Shown here piece after piece: positions 41,171 through 54,490 of a DNA stretch of 64,000 nucleotides (position 1 is the stretch's first letter; every line of letters begins with the position of its first letter). Position numbers and translations under genes: made by a program. This stretch comes from Chiloscyllium plagiosum (Eukaryota). The notes beneath the pieces were generated by a model, which saw only the letters and a list, made by a program, of their open reading frames with translations, had not been told where the DNA came from and ran no database searches. Location: NCBI RefSeq assembly GCF_004010195.1, contig NC_057719.1:62612862-62676861 (forward strand), in the 5' to 3' direction.

Positions 41171-44100
41171 GAAATAAAACTAATGCTATCACCCTTATTA
41201 ATGAGTGAATCAGACAGCAACATCACATGTGCAATTTAACATTAAAATCATGGAGTTACTTTCTGAATTGCCCAGCACTTCTACAGGCTTTACTACACCA
41301 GTATCTTTTTGAGACACTGAGGATTCAAATACGCGAAGGCCATGAGGTTTTAGAATGTAACCATTAAATACCCACTAAATAAGTTTGACATATTAAGTGG
41401 TGCCCTTATGGATGTAAATTCATTTTCAATATGACTTGATCACCTTGCAAAAGCCTCTCCGGTCTGGAATTAACTTTATAAATGTGGTATCTGGTTCCTT
41501 AAGATTGTAATTATTGTTGGAGATTTTAAAACATTTTAAAAATAAGATAAATCATTTTGTTATTTGTTCTTATCTGTTAATTAACTCAATATTTTATTCT
41601 CTCTTGTGATTTCCGAACATGATTCAGGATTAAATTGACATTTTGAATTTGCATCTCCTACTTTAGTCTCCTCAGATAAAAGTAAACGTGTGCTTCTTTG
41701 AGTGTACGGGAGTGAGGGCATAATGGTATCTTCTATACAGTCAGTCGGAAGTCGATCAAGGACTCAATGTCTCTGAACATGACTGTGAAATATAGACCAA
41801 TATTCTGAGGTACCTTCACTCAAAGACAATCTTGAGGGTGTGCAAATTGGATCACCTAGCTGTTTAAGATTTGTTAATGTCATTAGCTTTAATACTTTGT
41901 GCCACGTTTTGCAGTTTAAAACGTGCACAGCACTGGAACACTTTATGTAATTCAGCACTCTCACTTAACATGGGAATATTCTGGATTCTTCAGCGTTCTT
42001 TTGGGTGTTTCCTATATGACAGTGATGAGCTAGTACACACTGGATAAAATGGATTGTCACCCTTCATTCCATCTGTAATGTTTGGAGAATAGGTACTAGT
42101 TAAAGAAATAAAGAAACTGCAGTTCAATCAGGAGTCAATAAAATGATTTTCATGCGTTTGTGAATCTGTGTTTTAAGTTCACTCCTATAGAACTGATGAT
42201 CCCAGAGATCGTTACCATTTAGATGTTGTTAATTAATAGGCTTGCTTCGATTCAAAATAATAAGTATTGAGTTATCCTGATAAATGAAGTTCTTTGTGAA
42301 ATGATTCAAGCTGATAAGATATAATTAATACAAAAGTGAAAGCTTGCTCCGACAAGGTAACTTGTAATGTTCAAATAACTTGGACCCAGCATTTGTGAGG
42401 ATGTTTCTTTGCTGTAAGCACCCTATGCCTCCAAACCTACTGACAGGCAAGTAAGTACGAATTCTGCATTGTGAATCTGTGTCAAGGAAAAGTGCTGTAA
42501 TGTTGAATTAACATTATACCAAACAGCTTTATTCTTGTAAATAAGCCTGAATTAGTGACCACCCACACTGTCTGTTACTTCAGGATTCCCTGATAACTTG
42601 CAATTCTTTCGATGGGCGTTGTGTAATACACATGAATGGATGAGAGTATGATAATGCCGCAACTCTTAAATCCAAAGAGTCATACCAGACACAAAACGTT
42701 AACTGTTTCCCTCTTGAAAGATGCTGCCAGACCTTCTCCGGTCTGCTGTATTTTTTATTTAAATGTTGAAACTAGTGTCCCTCTTCCAGTGTTTTAGTTG
42801 GTTAAGGCCATGATTATGTGAATTTCACAGAACAGGGAAGTTGCAAGATTTTTCTGGGTTACTTTTAAGTTCAGTCAGGGCATTGACATCAGAGACTCTA
42901 GGGAAAGAACATTAACAGAATTTCCATATCCTGTTTCTACCTATTAACTAAGGTAATGGTATAATTGTAAAAGGGTGAATCAAGGTTTCTGTAACTTCTC
43001 TGTAGGTCTGGGAAAGGTAACTTCTGGAAGAGGTTTCTTTAGAGTAGTGGTCACCAGACCTGACTGTAGGCTGAAAACGCCATGGCTAAGTCCTCTGAAT
43101 TGAGCTCCCTAGTGGAAAGGCTAAACAGTTTCTTTGGAGGAGTTGAAGGCAGTGAAACATTTCTTGTCTGTCTACACAAATATGTCAAGATCCCAATTGC
43201 AGATATGACCCTGGCAGCAATTCAGCAAATTGTAAGGTGTCTGGGAATAAATTCATTCATAATGTACTTGCACTGCTGAGGTTATTCGATCTGACCAGCT
43301 CAGCAGAACTGCAGGATGAATTGGTTTATTTTGTATGTGTTAGAAATGTTGGAAACTGTTCGACTTTCTCATTGTTTGACCCCAAAGGAATGAAATTGAC
43401 AAGTATGTAAGCGGGTGTACAGAATAAGAAAACAAAAGGCATTTTGAGTGCAGGAAAAAGAATATTTGGTTATGGGAGGGTAGTCAAGAGTTTCATCATT
43501 ATACCATTGCCATTCGTTATGTTCATTCTTCCAGCCTCTCCTCCATGAGAGTCTGAACTTGGTCACCTCACCAATGGGGATGGATGACTATGGTCTGTGG
43601 ATGTTGGACATTCTTAATTGTCCCTTTATCGGAAGGGAATGCAGAGGAAGAAGGCCTTTGGTTATGTAACAGATATGAACTTAGATTTTTGGATTCTCAT
43701 TCACATTTTGAGATTGTCACAGAAAGGCATGTTATCCGAGTCCATCAAGAATAAAGTTTTGACTTTTTTAATTGAAGGCATTCTCTGCATACATGGAAAG
43801 CTTTTGCTGTAACAATAGTCCATCATTGGAAAATATGCCGATCCAATACCTTAACAGTCAGGAGAGCAAATTTCCATTTGACAGCAGTGTCTCGGATATC
43901 AGTTTGAAATTTTGTGTCGCCCAGAAGTGGTGTATCAAATGAGAAGAGACATGTAGTCCTGCATCTGTGTGATTGTAGTTATTTTCAGTATGTCAAGGAA
44001 ATTATTTATTCCTTCCATACGATGGAAGAGAATGGAAGCAGGGACTTTCCTGACTGAAATGTAACATTTGTATTTCCTTAGGTGAGGTGAGAAACTGCCT

Positions 44101-44614
44101 GTGCTGTTCCTAGTAAAGTGGAGAGGTTGATAATGTGACAAACCATTGCCTGAAAGAAGGCTTGGGACTGAAGTCCATGAATTCATTGTTGGTCTCATGT
44201 GAGCCTGAGGTCAATTTACCATTTGCACGTTGAATTGCAGCCTTTTTTCCCTTCTGGGCTGGTGTGACAGGTGAATTGAAGAGTAAAGGTATATGGTCAA
44301 GGACACTTAGAGGCCCCAACTGAGTTATGCAGGTCTGTTTAATCCTAGAGAAGCTGTTTGGATTGGAGTTGCAAGTTGATCCTGTCTACATTGGATGAAT
44401 GTATGTTTCACCTTGGTCAAGTTTAAGGTGTGTAGCTCTTGACTGGTTCTTTCTGAGACCCCTGTGCAGCTAATATCTGCCCAATCTTCCATAATCAATG
44501 TACTTTACATCTGATGTCTCCTGGGCAGCAGAACTTTGAATTACCACAGATGTACACAGCAGTGGACATAGGAGGTTGGCTAGAAGTAAGTTGGAATGGT
44601 CAAGTCTGACGGTA

Positions 44615-44728
44615 TAAGGTAAAAACAATGACTGCAGATGCTGGAAACCAGATTCTGGATCAGTGGTGCTGGAAGAGCACAGCAGTTCAGGCAGCATCCG
44701 ACGAGCAGCTCCTGTGCTCTTCCAGCAC
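44615..44728 (-). mobile_element. Short Penelope-like terminal insertion with an inverted segment and 14-bp TSD
   Basis: Flanked by caagtctgacggta (44601-44614 and 44729-44742); homologous to 49808-49940 and 57658-57790. Confidence 0.85.
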
Positions 44729-44844
44729 CAAGTCTGACGGTAACTAAGGCAATGCATGTGAGTTTCAAATGAGCTGAGAGGCAATAGAGTTGGGTAATGC
44801 TATGCAGGGAGAATAACGTTAACGCAGTGATTTTTTTTTATTCC

Positions 44845-45120
44845 ATGCAGCCATAATTAGATCAGGTTGGATCTTTGCTTGCTGAGCTGTTAGATTTGTT
44901 CTTGGATGTTTTGTCACCATGCTAGGTAACATGAGCCTCCAATAAAGTGTTGGTTTTCTGTCTCGCCTGCTAATTATCTGTATCGTGTTGTTGTGGTGGG
45001 TGATATCATTTTCAATTTTGTTTCTGAGAGGTTGGTAAATGGGTCCAAATCATTGTGATTGTTAATGAAGTTCCAATTGAATGCCAGGCCTCTAGGAATT
45101 CCCACTTGTGTCTTTGTCCC
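44845..45120 (-). mobile_element. Penelope (Poseidon-type) GIY-YIG C-terminal remnant
   Basis: Reverse complement of 45075-45120 reads QRHKWEFLEAWHS, a typical REFLEAW(H)S motif. Confidence 0.6.
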
Positions 45121-45129
45121 TTTTGCTGT

Positions 45130-45790
45130 ATAGTGAATATGTGGTCATAAGCTCAATTCAGGGCCAAAGATGCCCGCAAGATTGCAAACCATCTGATTCA
45201 GTTTCTAGCAGCTGCCAGCAAAAAGGATAAGGTCATTGACTAGTGTACAGGGTTCATAGAGGGGACCAAAGGCAATGGCTTCAGTCATCCTGATACTGAG
45301 GTGGAGAAAATTACTGCAGTCCTGGGTGTCCGGCAAGGAGTGTGACAAGTTGGAAGCAGAGTAGTGGTTGAGAGGTAATGGCAAAATATAACTTTTTTAT
45401 TAGCATACATACACAAAGTGATTGGTCTTTTGAAGTATGTTGCTGTCGGCCAGTAAATCGATGACACATAAAGGGGGGCAAGGATGAATCCTTGGGGGAT
45501 CATCAGAGATAATGGCACAGAAACATGGAGAGGAGCTATTGCAAATGGTAATCTTGCTGCAGATAAGAACAAAGCATAGCCCAGTCAACTGGACAATGAT
45601 GGAGAGGTCCTGGAAGAGGATGCTGGGAAACAAAGACTTGGGAAAGGGAATGGAATTGGAGTTGCTGAGGTGTGGAGAGGGCTGAGGTGTGGAGAGGGCT
45701 GCAATGTCTGCAAAAGCTTTTCTTAAGGTGATGGATGATGATGGCAGATTGAAAGGAGAGAGGAAGCCATTAACGATATCCACTAGTCTG
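45130..45790 (-). mobile_element. Degraded L2-clade LINE RT
   Basis: IPQGFILAPL...LCMYAN (cf. PQGSILGP...YADD). Confidence 0.6.
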
Positions 45791-46869
45791 AGAACTAAAA
45801 AGAGAAATTGGCTGGCAAGTATTTTAATAGGAACAGGAGTGAGAGATCAGGATACAAGTCTGTGGGCAAACTTGGTTTACAAATTGTCAGCAAATTTGAT
45901 GGTCCATAGTCAGCAGTCGCTGAATGTTCTATGTGATCCTGAACTTAATACTTGAAAAGAAAACATCAACATACACTGTCCATTACTTAGTTTTAGCTTT
46001 ACTGCCCTTAAACTTTGGAAGATAATCTATATGTGTTGGAAAAGATCACATCAAAAGAGTCAGGCTGTTAAGTGCTTTTGAGCAATGTTGTAGATGGGCT
46101 GTAGTTTGGATATGATTTCTCTTTCACTGTTTGCTGTCGAGCTGTTAGCTTCACAAAAGAGAATTACATTCCTCTCAAAGGAGGATTTATTGGATTTTTG
46201 AATGGATAGAGAGAATGAGGAGATAGGAGAAGCCTTTCTTCAACACAATACAACTGAAATGCTCGCACAGCCTTAAACGTAAGAAATCATTCCACTAAAT
46301 CCTTGAAGGAAAACACCCACAGAACTTGAAGCCATTTGTTATTCTGGTCAACCTGTGCCTTTCTATCTAGAGTTTAGTTGTCATGAAAATAAGACCTACT
46401 TAGGTGACTAGATTTTTGGTTTCCTGAACTGACAACTCTTTGTGGTTGGAGGAATGCATGCTCACTCTAGTCTCATTACTCCATTGACATCAACGTAAAA
46501 TAAAAGTAATTTCTCCCTTTGCCGAAAGTACAAATCAAATACCTGATCAATGTTAGGTTTTAATCAGAAAGGTTTATCAACCAAAATACTTATGAACAAC
46601 TGTTATAGTTTGTTATCCAATCAAACTTATTCAATAGGATACAATAACGAATTAATGTACATTGTCAGTAATACAAAGTGTAACTGCGCGTCGCACTAAA
46701 AATGCCCAAAGTACTCTTTAGGAAAGGAGGAAAGAAAAAGGACAAAAACAGAAAGTGTTCAATCAGAGCTCTGACCAAGGGTCACTGGACTTGAAATGTT
46801 AATTCTGTTTTTCCCTCCATTAATGCTGACATGCCTGCTGAGTTTCTCCAAAACTTTGTTTCTGAAATC

Positions 46870-47618
46870 ATCATGGAATCCCTACAGTGTGGAAGCAGGC
46901 CATTTGGCCCATTATGTCCACACCAATCCTCGGAAGGGCATCCCACCCATACCTAACCCCCCTGTCCTATCCCTGTAACCCTGTCTTTTCTGTAATCCAC
47001 CTAGCTAGCACATCCCTGGACACTTTGGGACAACTTCGCATGGCCAATTGTTCCAACGGACCTAGGTAAAACAGGCATCTCTCCATGCCAATTACTGTTC
47101 AAAACATCCCAGATAGAGTTTGTAGCAGGAAATGCAGTTATTGCCATTCATGTGATTTCAAGGAGTTCTTGTTTAAAAAAAACTCCAGCATCCTCATTGA
47201 ATTTCAATGACCTCTTTAAACGAAACAATTTCAGATACATGCCCAAATTTGAAATAAATTCCTGTTTACACGATTCTTCAAAACATAAGCCATTGAAGCA
47301 ATATCATAATAACATGTTTTAGATTTAGATTAGATTCCCGACAGTGTGGAAACAGGCCCTTCGGCCCAACCAGTCCACACTGACCCTCCGAAGAGTAACC
47401 CACCCAGACCCATTTCCCTCTGACTAATGCACCTAACCCTATGGGCAATTTAGCATGGCCAATTCACCTGACCTGCACATCTTTGGACTGTGGGAGGAAA
47501 CCGGAGCACCCAGAGGAAACCCACGCAGACACAGGAACAATGTGCAAACTCTACACATGCAGTCGCCCCAGGCTGGAATCGAACTTGGGATCCTGGTGCT
47601 GTGCTAACCACTGAGCCA
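46870..47618 (-). mobile_element. Two HE1-like V-SINE copies (3' fragment 46870-47050; longer copy 47317-47618)
   Basis: Reverse-complement homology to the copy at 27262; tail tagatttagattagatt. Confidence 0.88.
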
Positions 47619-49807
47619 ATTTCAACCTTCAGTATCAAATTTTGCATAATAATATTCATGGGCCTGGGGGTCATTTGCGATGTTGAAAGTACTGTATAAA
47701 TTCATTTAGTAATTGTTGGATGTCTTCATTGAGCTCTGTACAATTAGAGAGAAGTGAACATTGTGCCCACATTTGATCCAGAAGCACTAGGAAATTGACA
47801 AATTGCTTAAAATATTTGTGTAACCTGTGCTGTCATTGCAAATATTTGAAATGAGTTTTAAGAGTTCGTGTCAATTGTAAATGTTGGAGTTTTCTTGCAT
47901 GGTCTGTAATGTTGGCCTAGTCAACAATGCATACAATCTATGAAGGAAGAATTTTAAAAAATACTGAAGAGCTGGTGTTTTCCCTAAAAGTGGCCAAGTC
48001 ATGAACTGGGGTGTTATTGGCTGGTCAGCTGCCCAGTTGAACTTGTGGAAAAACTGTGCCATTGGACTGCCATGTGGTTTGGGAAAGGATTGATGAAAAT
48101 GCACCTTGCTGACGATAATCTCACCCATGGAATCCTGATGAAAGCTTGCAAGTGTTTGTGCTTCTCTATGCCATAGCACCTCTGTATTGACTATTTAAAG
48201 TGAAACTTGCCTTTTTAGTTGAAATATCATTCACTTATTAATTTGTGTTTACTTTACATAAGTTTGATTAGAGTTACAAGGAGTGAAATCCTGTTGATAA
48301 TTCCTTCATCTGGGAGTCATTTGGTAAATTTGTTTGTTTTGGTTTATGGCTTCCTCATGTGGATTTGAACAGTGTTAATAATGTGAACTTTGTTCTGTGA
48401 TAGGGAATGTGAACGTCTTCATGTTGTGCTGATGGGGTGTTGTTTCCTGCTATGTGACATGTTTGAGAAGGAAAGATATTGCTACTGTACCAGGGCGTTT
48501 TAGGTCACTCCCAGCATTTTGAAATTTATTGGCTGTTTAGAGTTGAATGAACATGTTGTGCCACGTACTTGATACTGCATTAGTGAACCATACTTGCTTC
48601 AGGAGGAACACATACAGTTGAACTCCTACAGGACAACTGGTATTCTCTGCAGGTGAGAGTTAGTATTCCATGGAGGTTCCTGGTAGTTTATTGCTGATGG
48701 CGAGCAATGCGCAGGCTTGGCTAGTATTCGGTGACAGTTCCCAGAAATATGTTCACACTAGCAGTGAACCCATCTTAGAGAGGTTTTGAAAACCACAAAT
48801 CGATTGTGCTCCACATGATGCTTCTTTAGCACAAGCACAGACCTGGAGATAACGGGTGATGCACTGAATTAAGCATTCATTAGAAATAATGGAACGTGCC
48901 AATCAAAAGAGAAGGAATTATTTGAAACAGAAGTTTTATCTATAGATCACACAACACAAATCATAGAGTACATTTCATCCCAAGTTCAGGATGCAAGTTA
49001 CGAGTAAGTAGACTGTTCTTGGTTTTCTGCAAAATCTTGGCTTTTATATAAGTTGAATGCTCTTTTATTTAATTCCTTAAAATTTTTTCATGGATTTCAA
49101 TAATACATATGCAGTTCAATTTTGTTTTCTACAAATACCTTTTGTTTTAACGTCACACTGTTTTGCAGCTTAAGTTGTTTAAATCCAGAAATCTGTAATG
49201 TCTGTCCTGGTGAATCAGGATATTCTGTTGTGTTGTTTTGTCATCCCAGGCATTTGCATATATAATAAGGTAAGCTTTAACTAACATTGGAACTTCTTTC
49301 ATCTTTATTGCAAGAGAATTAATGTTTTGGAATCAGGCGCATTGAACGTAACCAGTGCCATTTTTTGTCAGCACAGGAAGTTAATATATAGTGCGCAACT
49401 AAGCCTTTACAAATTGCCTTTGTCACTTATTATTGAATTCTGTAGACGAGATAAAACACTGCAAAATAGAGGACATTCAACCTTCCACAGTGTACCCTAA
49501 AAAATAATGCTTTGTTGGAATACTCTATTAATATTTAAAAGTATCACCATTATACTCTTATTTGTGGTGTGCACACACTATTTAAGTCTAGATTTGTATT
49601 GAAGTGCTTTTGTAATTTTCGCTTGTATTGTTTTTGTAAATATGATGTTATTCTTTACTGTCTCAACATCAAGTTGTCATTGTTCTTCCATATTTAATAT
49701 TCAATCTATTTCCCATTTTGGCAATCTTTGTTACAATAATGATAATTTCAAACATGTTAACACTTGTCTACTTCATGGGTTTGGAACCAGTCAGCGGTAT
49801 AATGATG

Positions 49808-49940
49808 AAGGTAAAAACAAGGACTGCAGATGCTGGAGATCAGAGTTTAGATTAGAGTGGTGCTGGAAAAGCACAGCAGTTCAGGCAGCATCCGAGGAGC
49901 AGGGAAATAGGCGTTTTGGGTAAAAGCCCTTCATCAGGTG
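49808..49940 (-). mobile_element. Penelope-like terminal fragment with a decayed hammerhead motif
   Basis: Reverse complement cctgatgaagggcttttacccaaaacgcc...gatgctgcctgaactgctgtgcttttccagc. Confidence 0.8.
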
Positions 49941-50781
49941 AAGCCTAAGCCGTTCTTGACATTGTATCGGGCAGCTCCCAATAAACTCATGTAAGTTTCA
50001 ACCTTGCAAATCACATGAAAGCCAAGCAAGTCTTTCACAATTTCTTTTCTATCGTGAAATGCCTAAGTACTACCTTATTTAAAATCCTGAATAATTCTGA
50101 TCTTTCAACATGTTTGTTTCTCCTTTGAAGTGACACACATTACATCTTGCAGTCACTGCTGTCAGTAAGCTTGTCATATTAATAAAGTCATGTTTCCCTT
50201 GGTTAGAGGAAGGGCAAGAGCGAAGCCCTCTGGGCACTCTATACATACAAGACTTGCTGGATGTCACTGTGGATTCAGGGTGAAAGCAGCACTTCGTGAG
50301 TCTGTAGATGATCATATATGAGGCCATAGCTTTCTCAGATCGATTAACAGCGTTGATCATGGTTTTAGAGCCGTCTTCAAGTCTAATTCACTCTTCTGAA
50401 TATATGTTGCAACTTAATTTCTAAGAATTCATTCCATCTGTGAAAGCCTTTGAATAACTGTTGGTGCTCAGAGTTATGATGCAGTGCATCTATCTCATTG
50501 CAGCAGCCTTCAAAATCTCAGCCTCTCTATTGCCTTCCTAGCTCCAGTCGGTCTGTGGATGAATATTATTTGCTGTGTTTATCTGCAATGACTTTTAATA
50601 TATTGTGTGGATTAGCCAGATGAAGTGAAGAGATTTGCTGTTTTGAAGGGCAGGCATAGAGATCTGACACTCCCCATATAACACTATCTCGACTTTCAGT
50701 ATAATTGCTTTCATGTGTAGTCCATTATTTGGAAGTCATATAATTAATCCAATTATGTACTCTTTTTTTCTCTTTCTGCAG

Positions 50782-51009
50782 TGTCGAAATGAGAGGTTTT
50801 TAATAAGTGAATTGACTAGTTGTCACATCAAGGGAAAGGTTCATCTGGAGGAAGAAAAGCAGCGTCCAAGAAATTTCAGGAGCTGTGAGAATTCCTGGCA
50901 CAATGTGTTGAGGGAAAGAAAGGCATATACTCATTCAGCTCTGCACAGATCCTGAAAGCATGGCTGTTTTTGACCTGTGAGTGACTACTGAGCACCGGAC
51001 CAGCTGAAG
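50782..51009 (+). other. FUT8: FUT8 5'-UTR part of the first coding exon
   Basis: Strong acceptor with a long polypyrimidine tract (ctctttttttctctttctgcag|, AG at 50780-50781) lies 228 nt upstream of the ATG, with no repeats in between. Confidence 0.8.
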
Positions 51010-51212
51010 ATGCGGCCATGGACTGGCTCCTGGCGATGGATTATGTTGATCCTTCTTGCCTGGGGGACTTTGCTGTTCTACATTGGCGGGCATCTCGTGA
51101 GAGACAGCGATCAACCGGATCGCTCCAGCAGAGAACTGTCCAAGATACTTGCAAAGCTTGAGCGTTTGAAACAACAAAATGAAGATTTGCGGCGGATGGC
51201 TGAGTCACTGAG
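51010..51212 (+). CDS. FUT8: Alpha-(1,6)-fucosyltransferase, first coding exon (cytoplasmic tail, type II TM anchor, start of coiled-coil stem); continues beyond the window after a phase-2 intron
   Basis: Translation [68 protein letters not shown] is the recognisable vertebrate FUT8 N-terminus. ATG context is aagATGc. Donor AG|GTAGGT follows 51212 (203 coding nt). The ORF-track stop at 51214-51216 is intronic. Confidence 0.97.
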
Positions 51213-51604
51213 GTAGGTAAGGGAGGGTCAGAATGCATCTGGGGCTCCACGTGGTGACATTGTGACATCATTGGTGCCACTGAGCAATGACGTGCCCGTG
51301 AGTGGGTCAAGAGAGATTGCAGTTTGGCTAACTGTTACATTATTGATCTAGTTATAATGATGATTATTGTTGATGTCAGGCCTGTCATTGAAATATTTGT
51401 TTGACATCAGGGAACAATGCACGCCATTAAAATGGAGACTCAGGAAAACATTACTGCCAGGTTTTGCCTTTTGGAGATGCTGTCAGTCTTGGGTATAACT
51501 TTGTGATTTTGTGGTCTAATTATAGTCTACTAGAGACTGAATATCTTTATGTAATGTATTATTTTGGGGCAGAGTGAAAAACCAAGGATCTGTAGACCCT
51601 GTTT

Positions 51605-51810
51605 AAAAAAGAAACGAAAGAACTGTGGATCCAGGAAATCAGAACAAAAGCAGAAATCGCTGGAAAAACTCAGCAGGTCTGGCAGCAGTTTTGGAGAGAA
51701 AGTGGAGTTAACATTTTGGGTGCATTGAAGAAGGAGGGTCACTGGACCGGAAACATTAAGTCTGCTTTGCCTGAACAGATGCTGCAGATCTGTTAGTTGA
51801 GCCCAGCTCA
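51605..51810. mobile_element. Back-to-back Penelope-like terminal fragments
   Basis: Minus-strand copy 51605-51725 followed by plus-strand gggtcactggaccggaaacattaa...gatgctgcag. Confidence 0.75.
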
Positions 51811-51829
51811 TGGCAAAGTTACTGGAATC

Positions 51830-54490
51830 TACAATCAGGGACAGCGAGACCAAGTACTAGACATACATGAGGCCAGTCAGAGAATCAGCATCATAAACAA
51901 CAGGTTGTGTCCGAGTAAAGTAATTGATATTGGTGAGGGAAAAGATGCAGCTAGGAATCTTACTATTTGGATTTTCTGAAGGTATCTGATAAGCTGGTGA
52001 GGGAATTGGAAGTAGGAAGCAGTTTGGAAAACAGCGATACTGTCCTTGGATATAACAACTCCAGTTTGGCTGGGGGCTTCAGTTCTTCATGTTTGTCAAT
52101 AACTTGGATGTGAAATAAAGCATTATATGTTAAAGTTGGAAGCTGGCACGGTGACGTACAGTAAGTTGTAACTTGACACAGGAAGGAAGCAAGGTGCAGA
52201 GGCACATGGACAAAACTGTGGCATATGGAGTGCAGTGTGGGAAAGTTTAAGTTTGTCCAAATTGGATTTATGGAAGACAAATATGAATATAATCTAACTT
52301 GCGATCAGTTAAAAATTACAGACATATAAAAGGGCTATGTACTTAGGTATACAAATCACTCAAAGCTACATAATGTACATGCAAAGTCTAATGTAATGTT
52401 GGCCTACGTTCAAGTGGTTTGGAATACAAAGAGTGGAAATTAATGCTTCTGTTGCTTGTTCAAGCCTTATTAGGAGTAACTTACTTCACTTTGAGCAATT
52501 CGTCTGAAATAAAGTGTTGGCTTTGGAGTAGGTATAGCACCAGCTCATCAAAGTGAAAGGGTTACATTATAAGAACATGTTCCATGCCCCATTGAGTTGA
52601 CTAAGTTGAGGAGTGATCTGACCAAAGTGCTTAAAATTATGAATCATCTTAGAAAGTTAAGTATGAAGAAACTCTTTCCTCTGTTGTATGAATCCAGGAT
52701 ATGATGCAATAATAAAATTGGACCTAAGCCAATCAGCAGTGAAATCAGGAAGCAGTTTTTCAAACGAGGGATGGTGAAGGTTGTCATCATAAAGAGCCAT
52801 AGTGTCAAAAAGAAGAGAAACAGTCCCCTTGGCCCACCATGTCTGTGCCGACCAACCAACACCAAACTATACTGATCCTGTTTAATTGCACACAGTCTGT
52901 AGCCTATTACTGTTATGAACCAGACCAGTCCAGATCATGCTCTGGGTGAGAAAAAGTATTCTCAGATTTCCTCTAAACCACTGCGTCCTCATCTTACACT
53001 TGTACCCTCTCCTATTAAATATGTCCGTCTCATGATCTGAAAAGACTCTCACAATCTACTCTCTCTATGCCTCTCATAATTTTGTATATCTCAATCAGAT
53101 CTCCCCTCAGCCTCCTCTGCTCTGAAGAAAACAAAGCTAGTCTATTCAGTCTCTCTCAATCCCAGGCATCATCCTGGTGAATCTCCTCAGCCCCCCTCCA
53201 ATTCAATCATGTCCTTCCAATAGTGTGGCACTCAGAACTGCACACAATATTCCATCTGCAGTCCAGCCAATGCCCTATAAATTTGCTACAAGATTTCCTT
53301 GTACCTGTACTCGACATCCCGGCTAATGAAGACAAGTATCCTGAAAGCCGCCTTCATCACCCAATCTACCTGTGCTGACGCCCCTTCAGGGATCTATAGA
53401 CTTGTATGCCAAGATCCTTTTGATTCTCAGTACTCCCTAAGGACCTATCATTCATTCTTCCTTTATTAGATATGTCAAAATGCATCACCTCGTACTTATC
53501 AGGATTAAAATCCACCTGCCATTGCTCTGTCCAATTTACTAGTTGATCAACATCAGGTTGTCATCTGAGACCTTTCTGCTCTCTGTCAACAATACCACCA
53601 ATTTTCATGTCATCTGCCAACTTACTAATTATACCTTTGATGTTGACGTCATAGTTGTTAATGTATGTAGCAAACAGCAAGGGTACCAATACAAAACCCT
53701 GTGGTCACATGCTCCCAATGAAAGAAACAACACTCCACCATCAATCTTTTCCTCCTATTTGAAAGCCAGTTTTTGGATATACTTTGCCAATATGGTTTGG
53801 ATGTAATGGACTCTGAGCTTTTGAACCAGCCTTTCATATGTGATCTTGTCAAAGGCCTTAGTAATGTCCATGTAACACATCAACTACAATGCCCTCATCA
53901 ATATGTTTCCAAAAACTCTGAGAATTAGTCAGACAGGGTCTTCATCCAGCAAATCCATGTTGACTATCCATGATCAATCCTGGCTTTTCCAAGTGTTGGG
54001 TAATCTTGTCCCTTGGAATTTTTTCCATCATTTCCTTTCCACTGACGTCAGACTAACTGGTCTGAAATCACCTGGCCTACCCCTACTGCCCTCCTTGAAC
54101 AAAGGAACTACATTTGTTTTCTTCCAGTTTTCTGTGGCCAGTGAAGTATTAAAGATTAAATATTTGCAAGAGCCCCAGCAACCTCCTCCCTTGCCTCCCA
54201 TAGCAGCCTGGCACACAACTCGTCAAGCCTTGGGGATTTATGCATCTTTATGCCTGCTAAAAATATTTAATAACTCCTCCTTATTAATCTTAGTATGTCT
54301 GCAGCTCTATTACCTGTACTGACGTGGATTTGTTTGCTATGTCACTGAAGGCTGAGATTGTTACGTAAGTTACTTGAGGGTATCAAGGTCTATTGGAGAA
54401 AAGATGGGATCATGCAGTTGAGGTAAGAGAGACATATAATCTAATAGGTGCTGGAAAAAGTTCAGTGAGCTGAATGCCTTACTCTTATTG
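51830..54490. mobile_element. Old plus-strand CR1 (about 51830-52785, tail about 54345-54490) interrupted by a minus-strand CR1 (about 52790-54320)
   Basis: Minus-strand WKKTNVVPLFKEGSRGRPGDFRPVSLTS; plus-strand ttggattttctgaagg and ggcatatggagtgcagtgtggg motifs. Confidence 0.75.

Noticed and set aside
1..50700. FUT8 promoter/CpG island or another host gene
   Set aside because: No CpG island and no recognisable non-TE protein in any ORF; the promoter probably lies outside the window.
51010..51216. Standalone 68-aa microprotein gene
   Set aside because: It is the FUT8 N-terminal exon; the TAG lies within the splice donor.
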